DNA of 37,233 nt, taken from the IMG/VR virus record IMGVR_UViG_3300037511_000194, positions 1 through 37,233 of that record, one strand, 5' to 3'. Position 1 is the stretch's first letter; every line of letters begins with the position of its first letter. This DNA is from a virus. Taxonomy: Duplodnaviria > Caudoviricetes. The translations under genes and the position numbers were made by a program. The notes under the pieces are model-generated. The model saw nothing but the letters and a program-made list of their open reading frames with translations, had not been told where the DNA came from and searched no databases. This document shows positions 1-9,692 of the stretch, in pieces.

Positions 1-281
1 GTAGCCAGCGCGAGATCGTGGTAGGCGCCTCCCAGGTGCGGGGTCAGTCCGTGCATCAGCACCACGTCCAGCGCGTGCCTGTAGTGCGCCACGGCCTCTC
101 TCGGCTCACCCCTGCCGATGTACATCCTGCCCGGCACTTCTGCCGCCCTGTACGCGATTTCTGCGTTGTGCTCGAACCCCGCCTGATGCAGCGCCGCATC
201 GGACAGGCTAAGGCACGCCTGCACGTCGCCGATGCCGCTGGCGAAGCGGGCGCGGTCCAGCGTTTCTGCGGCGGTGTTCAC
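1..281 (-). CDS. Tetratricopeptide-repeat (TPR) protein, N-terminal part, truncated by window edge (not in ORF track)
   Basis: GTG at 281 overlaps the upstream TGA (GTGA) and the frame is open to base 1. Translation MNTAAETLDRARF...GRMYIGRGEPREAVAHYRHALDV...GGAYHDLALA has a TPR-like G..Y...G....A...Y..AL pattern. Confidence 0.65.
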   Translation of the reverse strand, partial: MNTAAETLDRARFASGIGDVQACLSLSDAALHQAGFEHNAEIAYRAAEVPGRMYIGRGEPREAVAHYRHALDVVLMHGLTPHLGGAYHDLALA

Positions 282-727
282 GCGCGGAGTGGCTCCAGTG
301 CCTTCTTCAGGTCGTCGTACACGTCCAGCCGGGTTTCTATGCGCGCCAGCCGCTCACCGATGCTGCGGTCTTCGGCCAGCCGCTCGCGTTCGTGCTTCTC
401 CAGCATCTCCATCACCCGGTCCATCCGTGCATCGTGCCTCCCAAACTGCTCCGCAAGCGAGGTCTGCGTCAAGTGTACGCGCTCCACCACGCGGTCCGTG
501 GCTTCGATTCTGGCGGCGTTAGTCGTGATGGACTGGCCCAAGGCGCCCAGCCGCTCGCCCTGCTCCTTGAAGCGGCGCTCCGATTCGCCACGGTCGCGTT
601 CGGCCTGCTCCTGCAACGGACGGCGAATGAACTTCGCGACGAAGGCGACGGCGGCGGCCACCGCAAGCGCGAATTGTACCACCAGCGAGAGCCAGCCGCT
701 CAGAGTGTCGGGAAGAAAGGGCGGCAT
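278..727 (-). CDS. Membrane protein with N-terminal TM and coiled coil (holin/lysis-module candidate)
   Basis: Likely start MPPFLPDT at 727; hydrophobic WLSLVVQFALAVAAAVAFVA followed by a charged heptad region; lies downstream of the tail fiber. Confidence 0.6.
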   Translation of the reverse strand: MPPFLPDTLSGWLSLVVQFALAVAAAVAFVAKFIRRPLQEQAERDRGESERRFKEQGERLGALGQSITTNAARIEATDRVVERVHLTQTSLAEQFGRHDARMDRVMEMLEKHERERLAEDRSIGERLARIETRLDVYDDLKKALEPLRA

Positions 728-791
728 TTTGTGGTGCCAAGTGGAAGGCGATAAGCGTGCGCCGACGTGAGAACTGGCGCCCTTTGTCTGC

Positions 792-1271
792 TTACGGCTT
801 GAACGCGGCGTACAGGGCTCCGGCGATTCCCACCAGCACGCCGATGGCGCCCAGCGCGGAAGCCAGCAGCGCACCGGCGGACGAGAAGCCGCCCCCTCGC
901 GCGTCGCTGCGCTCTACCTGCTTCGACAGTGCGGCGATTTCCGCGCCGCGTCCCCGGTCCTGTACGTTCATGGTCTCCGCGATTGCCGCGATCTGCTCCT
1001 TGAAGGCGGCCTCCTGCTTGGTGACAGCCTCCTTCGCGGCCGTGAACGCCGTGGTCACGTTGCGCTCGGAAGCCGCGAACTTGGCGTCAGTCAATTCCTT
1101 CTGCGCTGCCAACTGAGCCTCGACGGACTGAATCTTGTTCTCCAGCAGCACTTGCAGATGGTCGATTTCCCGTAGCAGTTGGGCCGTCGTCAGCGTGGAC
1201 GGGTCGGGGCGCGGGATATTTGGTGCGACTGCCCGCCCTTGCTCGCCATACTGCTCTGTGGTGTCGGGCAT
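792..1271 (-). CDS. Coiled-coil protein with C-terminal TM (lysis-module candidate)
   Basis: ATG at 1271 with GAGG RBS; long coiled coil; C-terminal ALLASALGAIGVLVGIAGALYAAF. Confidence 0.65.
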   Translation of the reverse strand: MPDTTEQYGEQGRAVAPNIPRPDPSTLTTAQLLREIDHLQVLLENKIQSVEAQLAAQKELTDAKFAASERNVTTAFTAAKEAVTKQEAAFKEQIAAIAETMNVQDRGRGAEIAALSKQVERSDARGGGFSSAGALLASALGAIGVLVGIAGALYAAFKP

Positions 1272-1275
1272 GGCC

Positions 1276-1929
1276 TCAGCACCCAATGTCCGGCAGTACC
1301 CTCGCCCTGATGCTGTCCTCCGTCTTGCGCGCGGTGCAGAAGATCGTGCGGGCGCGCTCCCACTCCCGCCTGTCCTCGTTATATCTGGTCTCCAACGCGT
1401 TCTGGCGCACCTCCAAGGCCGTCACGCGCACGGAGTTGCTGCGCACGTCCTGCCGCTGCTGCAGCACCATGGTGATCACCGCCACCAGCGGACCAATTAG
1501 CCCAATCAGCAGCAAGAGACCCTTCAGGTCCACTGCCACCGTCAGAGCGCCCCGACGTTCCGGTCCGCTGTATCCATTCGTGCCGTTTGGCATCGCCTTC
1601 CCGCCCGGTAGGTTTGTGCGCGCCGCCTCTCGTTCCACTACGTCCAGCACCTTCGCCACGCTCCCGCCCCTGCACCACTCCGCGTCGATGGTTTCCAGCA
1701 CGTCCAGGGGCCAGCCCTGAAAGGCGTTGCCGCTCTCCTGAAGCCTGCGGGCGGTGATTGGCCCGTCTTCGTCCTCCAGCGCATCCCAGCGTGCAAGGTC
1801 CTGCGGCGTGGCGCCTTCCAGCAGCGCCAGTTGGGCCAGCGGACCACCAGCCACCCATGCCGACTTGCCTGAGCCTGTCGCCGCCGCGATAGCCACGCGC
1901 AGGCGGTCGCGCTGGAGGGTGGTCAGCAC
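1276..1929 (-). CDS. Hypothetical membrane protein; possibly two genes fused in frame (second start ATG 1593)
   Basis: Coding-like codon usage; internal GGGAAGGCG-ATG at 1593 begins MPNGTNGYSGPERR followed by TM GLLLLIGLIGPLVAVITMVL. Confidence 0.5.
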   Translation of the reverse strand: MLTTLQRDRLRVAIAAATGSGKSAWVAGGPLAQLALLEGATPQDLARWDALEDEDGPITARRLQESGNAFQGWPLDVLETIDAEWCRGGSVAKVLDVVEREAARTNLPGGKAMPNGTNGYSGPERRGALTVAVDLKGLLLLIGLIGPLVAVITMVLQQRQDVRSNSVRVTALEVRQNALETRYNEDRREWERARTIFCTARKTEDSIRARVLPDIGC

Positions 1930-1935
1930 CGCGCA

Positions 1936-2121
1936 TCACTCGGGAGCAAGCACGGGTTCCGCCACTCCTGCCACGATCCCCGTTTCCACGTCCTGTCGGA
2001 GCTTTACCAGCACGGCAAGGTTGGCTAGGTGTACATCGCTTGCGTCCTTGGGGAGCGATGCCGCCGTGACGTGGATACATTTGAGGATCGTGGCCTGCTG
2101 CTCCTTGGTGTCGAACAACAT
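1936..2121 (-). CDS. Small hypothetical protein (tail-fiber-associated position)
   Basis: ATG 2121 just after the fiber stop; MLFDTKEQQATILKC... Confidence 0.5.
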   Translation of the reverse strand: MLFDTKEQQATILKCIHVTAASLPKDASDVHLANLAVLVKLRQDVETGIVAGVAEPVLAPE

Positions 2122-2132
2122 AACGGTATCTG

Positions 2133-3611
2133 TCAGGCGGAAGTGACGGCCTCCCACGCCGATGCGGCGCGGAAGTTGAGCTTGCCCGTGGATGTGTTGT
2201 AAATCACGAGCCCAGCGGGCGGCGAAGAGATAGCGTCACGCTGCGTAGTTGTGAGACGGGGCAACAGCAATCCGCGCGTCGTCCCCTCAATTTGCAGTGA
2301 TGCAGCAGCGTTTGGAGACGTGCCGGTTGATCCGAGCACTGTCTGCCCGCCTACATTCAGAGCTCCCGACAGCGTAACCGCGCCAGTCGAGCGCGTGATC
2401 GATACGACCGTGAACAGGGCGGCACCAGTATCGTCGCGAACTTGCACCTCCACATTCGAGCCAGCGTTGGAGCCGGATTCCGCAGTGCTGTTCACTCGCA
2501 CAACCAAGCGGTTGGAGCCTGAAGTACGAAACACCACGTCCCGGTTGGTTCCGGCAGCACCGTCGATAACCAGAGCAGCCACGGTCGGTGCGTTGGACCA
2601 CGCCGGTGCGGTTGTATTGTGCGTTAGGATGGACGCCGACGCAGGTTTCGCGAGATTGGAGAACGCATCTGCGCCCGTGCTGTACAGCATCCCGCCCGCC
2701 GTGCTGGTGACGCCCGCCAGCGCGGTCAGCGTCGCGTCGAGTGGCTGCGCGCCGATGGTGGAGAGCACCGTGGCTGCGTCGGCATCATCCAGGAACGTGC
2801 GGGCGAAGACGCTTAGATCAAACATCGCCGCCGTGCCAGAGCCCGTGAAGTAGATACCCTTGTTGGCGGCCGATGTGAGACCGGCGATGGCGGTAAGTTC
2901 AGCGTCCAGCGGTTGCGCGAGGGCGCCCACGGCAGACGCGAAATCGCTGATCGTCGCCGCCAACTGCGTCCCGGTGTGATGGGAACGGGCGAGAAAATAC
3001 GCCGAGTCCTGGCTGACGGCACCAAGATAATGCGCCGTCAAGTTATCCACGCGGTCAGTCCCCACAACAACGAAAGGAACCGTGGATGACTGGAACGATG
3101 CGGCCGCGTTGAATATTTGCGAAAGCGCCCACGTGCCGGAAGTATCCAGCCGCCCGAGCCCGGATGCGTGGTATCCATCCACCTTGTCGGCATTCAGGTA
3201 CGTGACCAGCGACGCCAAGGAATGCAGCACGAACGGCGGCCCTCCGCCAATGGAGGATAGGTCGATGGCGGATGCCAGCACCAGCGTTCCGTCAACCTCC
3301 AGCTCAGCAGTTACCAGACCGTACTCAACATTGAATTGCTCCGCAACCACTTCATCCAGCGTAGCCGTACCGTAGAGCTTGCTGGCGTTCAGGGCGCTTA
3401 TGTGCGATTCGTCCAGCGTGCCTGTGGCGTTCTCCAGCGCGAGGTAGTAAGCCGCGGGGTAGCCGCCGACGCCTGCGCCAGAGCCAGCGGACGCGTCCAG
3501 CCACGACTTCGCGTCAGGGAGGGGGCCGAAGTCCAGCCCGGCGCCGCAGACGATCTCGCCGTCTAAGACGATGCGCTTGCTGCCGTCCGTGTTTACGAGC
3601 GTCGCAGTCAT
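2133..3611 (-). CDS. Tail fiber protein
   Basis: ATGA overlap with upstream stop; fiber motifs LNADKVDGYHAS, duplicated AQPLDAxLTAxAGxTS, FARTFLDDADAATVLSTIG, and C-terminal RGLLLPRLTTTQRDAISSPPAGLVIYNT. Confidence 0.8.
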   Translation of the reverse strand: MTATLVNTDGSKRIVLDGEIVCGAGLDFGPLPDAKSWLDASAGSGAGVGGYPAAYYLALENATGTLDESHISALNASKLYGTATLDEVVAEQFNVEYGLVTAELEVDGTLVLASAIDLSSIGGGPPFVLHSLASLVTYLNADKVDGYHASGLGRLDTSGTWALSQIFNAAASFQSSTVPFVVVGTDRVDNLTAHYLGAVSQDSAYFLARSHHTGTQLAATISDFASAVGALAQPLDAELTAIAGLTSAANKGIYFTGSGTAAMFDLSVFARTFLDDADAATVLSTIGAQPLDATLTALAGVTSTAGGMLYSTGADAFSNLAKPASASILTHNTTAPAWSNAPTVAALVIDGAAGTNRDVVFRTSGSNRLVVRVNSTAESGSNAGSNVEVQVRDDTGAALFTVVSITRSTGAVTLSGALNVGGQTVLGSTGTSPNAAASLQIEGTTRGLLLPRLTTTQRDAISSPPAGLVIYNTSTGKLNFRAASAWEAVTSA

Positions 3612-6600
3612 GGCAGGCTTCCCGGCAGGAATACCTCGTTGGACAGAGGGGACCATGGCCCTTCAAGACCCGGCCCGGCGGTATTGCGCGCGTGCATGGT
3701 AATACGCGAGCCGATGGCGTATTCTCGTTCGTCGGTAGAAGTGCCCGCTGGTAGCGAAATCAACCCGCCAGGGTCGGTCACTCCGTCCACGAAATACTCC
3801 AGTTCAAGAGCGTCAGTGGTATTGGTGTTGATCCACGTCGCCACGACCGACTGATTGCCACCATCCACTGCGCCCCTTTCGAGGAATGGAGTGAGCGGTG
3901 CCGTCGTTGGAATCTCGCCACTGCCCGGCCCTACGCCCACGATGGCAATGGAGTCTTCCGCCTTGGCGAACCTGTCGCCCGCATAGGCCCTCACGTGCAC
4001 GTAATGTACACCGTTCTGCACGCTCCAAGAAGCGATGCGGTTGGGCCTGCGGTACTCGCCCTGCGAAAATGTGTCGTCGGGCACCCCGGCGGTCACGGGT
4101 GAGGCCCCCGCGTTATCCCACGCGCGCCACGACTCCACCTGATCGTTGTAGTCTACTTCCACGTTCAGCGTGCCCACTGGATCATGTGTCAGGGTGATAG
4201 AAAAGATGGATGGGCGTCTGCCGATGCCCGCCACGTCCACGCCCCTGCGGCGCCACTCCTGCCAGTGGCCCTTGGGCTTGTCCGTGCACTGCCACCGCGT
4301 CAAGGCCACGCCCGGAGAGTCCCCGGAGTGCGATGCGGAGAACACCGCCGCCAGCATGGGTTCATCCCACAGGATTTCGTTCTCACCCCATTCCACCATC
4401 GCATCGATGGCCGCGAACGGCGCGAACTTGGTCTCCACCTCCACCGGGAACGGCGCGCTGCTCACGTCGGCGTAGGCTGCGGCCACCATGGCGTCCAACT
4501 CGGCCTGCGTGTCGCACGCGCTCGCCTGATCTTCGTCAAACTGGAGGAAGAGCGGGCCGTACAGGTCTACCAGCGGGTCCGTGGGCACGTCCACCTCTGC
4601 GGGCAGTTGCGAGACGAGAATTTCGCCCGTCTCGCTGTCCACGCAACGGCCGCGCACGATGGTGCGCAGGTTCTCGCCGCTGGTGGAGAGGCGGTTGACT
4701 TCAAGGTACGTTTCGGGCCCGACGCGGTATTCCGCGGTGTCGGCGGCGCGGTCCGGTTCGATTACGGTGATCTGTGATTCGGTTGGCCCGTCTACCTGAC
4801 GGATGCTCTTCCCGCCCCATTGCAAGGCCACCTGTAGCAGGCCCTCCCACACCTTCACGTCCTTGGGTATCCATTCCGTAATCGCCAGCCGGTCTCCCGT
4901 GGTCGCGTCCGCTAGCACGTACTGGCCCGCACCCATGTGGGCGTCAACGTACGCCTGCATCACGTCGAAGGCGTCGGGCGGATCGTCAGGGTCGCCGTAG
5001 CGCGCCTCAGAGCGCATCTGCGTATCCGCCAGTTTCCCGGCGTAGTCACGTGCGGGTACGGTGATGTCGCCCGTCTTGCGCGGCCAGTCGCTGTCGTCCG
5101 TCACGCCGCGCCAGTGGAAGCCTGCCAGCCAGTCTGCGGCCGTGGGCTGCCTGCTCACCTTCGCCACGCTGCCGCTCTCCACGTCGTTGGTGAGCGGCGA
5201 GACAGGAAGCGTTGTGGCGCCCGCAGCCGTTTCCGCCGTCACAGTGCAGCGCGCGAACGGGAAGTGCAGCACTGAGCCCGCGCCAACGTCGCTGTCCAGT
5301 GCCTCCACGGTGAGAGACTCGTCGCCGTAGTCCGCCGGTGCGGCGAGCGTCACGCGCGAATCGACGCGCAGGTTGCAGGCGCGGAACTCCACCTCGCGAT
5401 TCCAGTCGAGCGCCGGAGCGAACGTCTCCCCATTTTGGTTCAGTGCTGAACCAGTTACCAGCGGAGCCAGCGAAACCCCGTTGATTTGGCGATGCAGCGT
5501 GAACGAAGCGGAGCCGATGGGCGTATCCACGTCCGCCGGTGTGACCCGCCACGACTTGATCCAGTTCTGGCCGCCGAAGTCCCGGTATGACTGCATCACC
5601 GTGCCATCGCCTTCGGGGCGCTCAATCAGCAAATCGACTTCGGTGACGAACTCGCGCGACTCCCACAGGTTGAGCGTCTGGAACGGATCGGACGGGACCC
5701 ATGCGCTCGTCAGTCCGAACTCGTCCTCGTCCTGTACCTCCAGTTGCAGGTCGGGGTCAAGCGCAGGCCGCCCGCCATCGCCTTCCGCGCCTTCCGGCAA
5801 GCCCACCACGTAGAACGCACCAGAGAGCGCTACAGGCGTTGCGGCCACCACGAGAGTGTCCGTGGATACCCGGCGCACCCTCGCGCGTCTGTACGCGTGT
5901 GAGGCCCCTTGCGGGTGCGAATACGCTGCCGCCTCACCTTTCGCCGTCGTTCGCCGAATGTCAGATACGGTGACAGGCTCCGGGTCAGCGGGCGGGAGCA
6001 GCGGGTCTGGTGCCGTATCGCCTGCGGTCCCCCAACTCCAATAGTCGAAGCCGACGCGCCCCGTGTTGTAGCTGTGGATGCCCGGTTCTACGCCTGCCGC
6101 TCCGGACGGCCAGTCGGTGCGATCCTGGTCCAGCATCCACGCACCGGGTTCCGTATCGCCTTCGGGCCACACTTTCGCGCGCAGGCGGCCAGCGGTAGGC
6201 GAGACGCCATCCCAGCGTGCACGCACCCATACGTAGTCACCATCAGAGATCGCACCGCCGAACGAAACCGTGCTGCCGATAGCAGAGTAGGAACCTCCCG
6301 CCACCTTGGAAACACCCGTGGTGCCGTCCGCGAACACATCCACGCCCCAGCCGGTGATAGAACCGCCGTAGGCCACGATGTAGAAGGTGAACGCGTTTAG
6401 CGTGTAGCGGACCCGCGCCAGCACTTCGCTTACAGTGCCGTCCGTGGGCGTCGTGTGCCGCAGGATGTCGAAGGCGCCGTTCGTGGAGGTCTTGCGGATC
6501 AACTTCCCGTCCCGCGCGCCCGCGTCAGCCGCAACTTCCCAATTGGCGCTGGAGCCACCCCACGAATTACCCGCAAAACCGGGGACCGGCGAGCCCGTGG

Positions 6601-6634
6601 AGAGAGACGCGAAGTCCAGCCTGGATTGCGCCAC
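3608..6634 (-). CDS. Large tail tip / central tail protein (1008 aa) with lectin-like and Fn3-like regions
   Basis: Size, position after tape measure and distal tail gene, beta-rich acidic sequence, C-terminal GPWSPLSN Fn3-like end. Confidence 0.7.
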   Translation of the reverse strand: MAQSRLDFASLSTGSPVPGFAGNSWGGSSANWEVAADAGARDGKLIRKTSTNGAFDILRHTTPTDGTVSEVLARVRYTLNAFTFYIVAYGGSITGWGVDVFADGTTGVSKVAGGSYSAIGSTVSFGGAISDGDYVWVRARWDGVSPTAGRLRAKVWPEGDTEPGAWMLDQDRTDWPSGAAGVEPGIHSYNTGRVGFDYWSWGTAGDTAPDPLLPPADPEPVTVSDIRRTTAKGEAAAYSHPQGASHAYRRARVRRVSTDTLVVAATPVALSGAFYVVGLPEGAEGDGGRPALDPDLQLEVQDEDEFGLTSAWVPSDPFQTLNLWESREFVTEVDLLIERPEGDGTVMQSYRDFGGQNWIKSWRVTPADVDTPIGSASFTLHRQINGVSLAPLVTGSALNQNGETFAPALDWNREVEFRACNLRVDSRVTLAAPADYGDESLTVEALDSDVGAGSVLHFPFARCTVTAETAAGATTLPVSPLTNDVESGSVAKVSRQPTAADWLAGFHWRGVTDDSDWPRKTGDITVPARDYAGKLADTQMRSEARYGDPDDPPDAFDVMQAYVDAHMGAGQYVLADATTGDRLAITEWIPKDVKVWEGLLQVALQWGGKSIRQVDGPTESQITVIEPDRAADTAEYRVGPETYLEVNRLSTSGENLRTIVRGRCVDSETGEILVSQLPAEVDVPTDPLVDLYGPLFLQFDEDQASACDTQAELDAMVAAAYADVSSAPFPVEVETKFAPFAAIDAMVEWGENEILWDEPMLAAVFSASHSGDSPGVALTRWQCTDKPKGHWQEWRRRGVDVAGIGRRPSIFSITLTHDPVGTLNVEVDYNDQVESWRAWDNAGASPVTAGVPDDTFSQGEYRRPNRIASWSVQNGVHYVHVRAYAGDRFAKAEDSIAIVGVGPGSGEIPTTAPLTPFLERGAVDGGNQSVVATWINTNTTDALELEYFVDGVTDPGGLISLPAGTSTDEREYAIGSRITMHARNTAGPGLEGPWSPLSNEVFLPGSLP

Positions 6635-6635
6635 G

Positions 6636-6995
6636 TCACGCCTCCCTGAACGTCAGCGTGGGCGCCACGTTGACCGCCGTGTAATCGGTCGGTCCGCTCT
6701 GAACGTCTGGCCCTTCCGGTGCCGTCTCCACCGTCACGATGCAGAGCACCTCTTCGCCATGCAGCACCAGCCCGGAGCACAGCACCGCGCCACCGTCCGC
6801 CGCCGCGCGCAGGGTCGCTTCCTCCGTGAGGGTGATCCAGTCGCACGTCCCATCCCACACCCGTCGTGGCGAGTCGCGTCCGTCCGCAAGGCGGTTGCTG
6901 AACGACGCTGACACCTCGCCGCGATACTCGTTGGCGCGGCGCTGGAAGGACGTGAGCCTTAATCCGATACCGCCTACGCTGATTGAATCGGCCAT
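6636..6995 (-). CDS. Minor tail (distal tail-like) protein
   Basis: Immediately after tape measure; ends with TLTFREA, typical of siphovirus distal tail proteins. Confidence 0.55.
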   Translation of the reverse strand: MADSISVGGIGLRLTSFQRRANEYRGEVSASFSNRLADGRDSPRRVWDGTCDWITLTEEATLRAAADGGAVLCSGLVLHGEEVLCIVTVETAPEGPDVQSGPTDYTAVNVAPTLTFREA

Positions 6996-6998
6996 GGT

Positions 6999-9641
6999 CT
7001 ACCCCAACTGCGCGGCGAAGGAGCGCAGGCCCAGCGTATAGGTCGCCTCGCGGCGAATCTCGCCCTTCAGCCGCCTCCACAGTTCGGCCACGTCCTCACC
7101 CGGCGCCGCATGGAGGTGGATTTCACCGATGCGAGGCGCCCACACCGGCGCGCTCTGCGCGCTCCCGCTCCTCACGCTCTCCGTGGGCACGTTCATGGGC
7201 GCGGTGGCTTCGAAGCGGTACTTGGCGATCTTGAAGCCCTGCACCGCGTTGATAACGGATTCAGACAGGCGGTTGAGGTTCTCCGTCGTCTTGTTCAGCG
7301 CGTCGTTGAAGTCGAGGCCCTGAAGTTCCTTGCGCTTCTTCTTTATCTCGTCGGCTGCGTCGAAGAAGGAATCCGCGCTGCCCCGCAGGCTGTTGCCGAG
7401 CTTCACCAGCCCATTGCCCGGATTGCCGAACGGGTCAAGGAAGTTGATGACCTTGCCGATGGCGCGCACGAACCAGCCGATCCCCTTCAGCAGCGTGCCA
7501 ATCACGCGGTCGAACGCCTCCTGCACGAACGACAGCACAATGGCCAGCGCCTTCAGGATGGGGAACAGCAGCCGCAGTACGGGCGTCACGCCGATGGCGA
7601 TGATCTCCCCGAAAATCTTGACGGGCAGCAGCACGGCCTCCAGCACGGGACGCAGCGCCTCCATGGCCTGTGACAGCGCGTAGGCGGCCAGCCCTGCGGG
7701 GGTGAACTGTGCGGCCATGGCCTCCACGCCGGAAATCGCGTTGCGCAGTTGCGACTTGCCGAGCTCCTTCAGTGCGCGGCCAGACTGCGTCAGCGCCTCG
7801 TGGAAGCCGCCCAACGCAACGCCAAGCAGGGAAAGCCGCTCGCTCACCTGATTGATGCCGCTCGTCGCCAGCCGGTTCGCGTCGCGTGCGGGCAACTCGC
7901 CCACAGCAGACACGATCTGGCCCACATTGCGCGACGGACCGCCACCCAGCGGAGACGTGGGCAGAAGGCCAATGCGTGCCTTCATCTGGAAATCCTGCGC
8001 GAGCGCCTTCAATTCTACCCGCGCATCCCGCAACTGCGCGCGCAGCACGTCGATTCCCCAAGTCAACTGTGGCGGCGGAGTGCGGCCCGCCTGCTGGAAG
8101 CGCTTCAACCCGTCCTGTAGTGTATCCAGTTCGTTGCCCAACTGATCCACAAGCCGAACCTGCTCCTGCATATTGTCTGGCAGGAGGTTGAGCGATGGCA
8201 CGTTGAAGCGCTGGAGCACGGCCAGTTCGCGCAGGCGGTCCGTCAGCGTGTCAATCAGGCCGCGGAACTTGTCAGCCCCGCCGGGTGGCACAGCGGGCGG
8301 CGTTGGGGCAGTGGAAGAGTTGTCCAGCAGGTCCAGCGCCTTCTTCAGCGAAGCGATGCGAGCGGCGGTGTTGTTGGCCTCCACACCCAGCGCGTGCAGG
8401 TCGTGGGTCTCCCGAACGAATGGCACGGCGCGAGGATTGAGAGCGGCTACAACTCCGCCACGCCGGAAGGCATCCGCAATTCCCTCTGGCTGTACACCGC
8501 GCTGAAAACCTCTTCCTGATGCCATCAACGCCTGCTCTGAAGCCTGCGTGGTCATCAGGTTGAGCATCTCTCGGTTAAGATTCGAGAGAAGTTGTCCACG
8601 CGAGAGGCCGATCAGGCTTGCCCGGTACGTGTCCGCCGCCGCCGCCGCCGAGAGCGCGTCCAGTTTGTTCTTGACGAAGAGCGCCGAAAGCCCGCCCAAA
8701 AGGAGCAGGACGCCACCCGTCGCTATTGTCCCCGCCAGTCCCGCAACCCCCAGCGCAGCAGTGAGCGCCACAACTGCCGTTGTCAGTTGCCCGACGAGGA
8801 ACAGGAGCGGTCCAGCCACGGCCACCACAGAGCCGATGGCTAGGGCCCACCGAACGGTTTCCGGGTTGAGTGAGCGGGCGCCTTCCAGCGCACGTGTGAG
8901 ACTATCCACGAGCGGGACGATCACCGGAATAAGCTGCTCCCCAATTGCCACCTTGGCCCGGAACAGCGAATCGGTCAGGTTCTCAAAGGAGTTTTTGACT
9001 CCACCGGAAACCGTGGGCAGCCTCTCCAGCGCAGTGAGCAGACGATCCAGGAATTGAGAAGAGGACAGGCCAAGCTTTTCAATGTCTTCAGCGCTTACAG
9101 TGCCGAACGCCTGCCGCAAAGCCTGACCGACGGCTGGCGCCGCGTCGATAATGGGCCGCAGGTCTTGGGAAAGGACCTTGCCCTTGGACGCCAGTTGCCC
9201 AAGTTGCACGGTGATACGGTCCAGTTCTGCCTTGCCGCCGCCGGTGAACGCCACCGCGTTCCCGAAGGCGCGTAGCGCGCGCTCCGCCACGCCGACGTTG
9301 ATCCCCACGGCCTGTAGCCTGATGCTGCCCTGAATCGCTTCGCGGAAGCCAAGGCCGGGCAGGCGCGCCACGTCCTCCAACCGCTTCAATTGCTCTTCGG
9401 CGCCCTTGGACGAGCCCGCTACGGCGACAAGACCGCGGCGCAGGCTATCCATGTCAGCCGCAGCACTGCCCACGGCCACGCCCAACCCTACCAAGGGCAG
9501 GGTTATGCCGATGGAGAGCGCGGCGCCCGCGCTCTTGACGCCCGCAGCGAAGCGCTGGACAGCGGCGGTGCCCTTGTCCAGTTCGCGGTACAGGTTCTTC
9601 AAATCCGCGTTCGCTTCAACGACAAGCTTGGCAATCGCCAT
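6999..9641 (-). CDS. Tail tape measure protein
   Basis: MAIAKLVVEANAD start; LSIGITLPLVGLG; tape-measure domain LGQLASKGKVLSQDL; Ala/Leu-rich with hydrophobic stretches. Confidence 0.92.
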   Translation of the reverse strand: MAIAKLVVEANADLKNLYRELDKGTAAVQRFAAGVKSAGAALSIGITLPLVGLGVAVGSAAADMDSLRRGLVAVAGSSKGAEEQLKRLEDVARLPGLGFREAIQGSIRLQAVGINVGVAERALRAFGNAVAFTGGGKAELDRITVQLGQLASKGKVLSQDLRPIIDAAPAVGQALRQAFGTVSAEDIEKLGLSSSQFLDRLLTALERLPTVSGGVKNSFENLTDSLFRAKVAIGEQLIPVIVPLVDSLTRALEGARSLNPETVRWALAIGSVVAVAGPLLFLVGQLTTAVVALTAALGVAGLAGTIATGGVLLLLGGLSALFVKNKLDALSAAAAADTYRASLIGLSRGQLLSNLNREMLNLMTTQASEQALMASGRGFQRGVQPEGIADAFRRGGVVAALNPRAVPFVRETHDLHALGVEANNTAARIASLKKALDLLDNSSTAPTPPAVPPGGADKFRGLIDTLTDRLRELAVLQRFNVPSLNLLPDNMQEQVRLVDQLGNELDTLQDGLKRFQQAGRTPPPQLTWGIDVLRAQLRDARVELKALAQDFQMKARIGLLPTSPLGGGPSRNVGQIVSAVGELPARDANRLATSGINQVSERLSLLGVALGGFHEALTQSGRALKELGKSQLRNAISGVEAMAAQFTPAGLAAYALSQAMEALRPVLEAVLLPVKIFGEIIAIGVTPVLRLLFPILKALAIVLSFVQEAFDRVIGTLLKGIGWFVRAIGKVINFLDPFGNPGNGLVKLGNSLRGSADSFFDAADEIKKKRKELQGLDFNDALNKTTENLNRLSESVINAVQGFKIAKYRFEATAPMNVPTESVRSGSAQSAPVWAPRIGEIHLHAAPGEDVAELWRRLKGEIRREATYTLGLRSFAAQLG

Positions 9642-9692
9642 GCGCTTTACAGCCTCCAGACGTCTCAAGGGGCGGCGGCGGACCGCCTCCGT

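Noticed and set aside
1860-1890. AATGSGKS Walker-A-like string in the 1276-1929 ORF
   Set aside because: No Walker B or other helicase/ATPase motifs follow, and the segment is too short for a P-loop domain
2133-3611. Diversity-generating retroelement targeting the tail fiber
   Set aside because: The AQPLDA repeat is an ordinary in-frame fiber repeat; no reverse transcriptase or adenine-specific TR/VR pair seen
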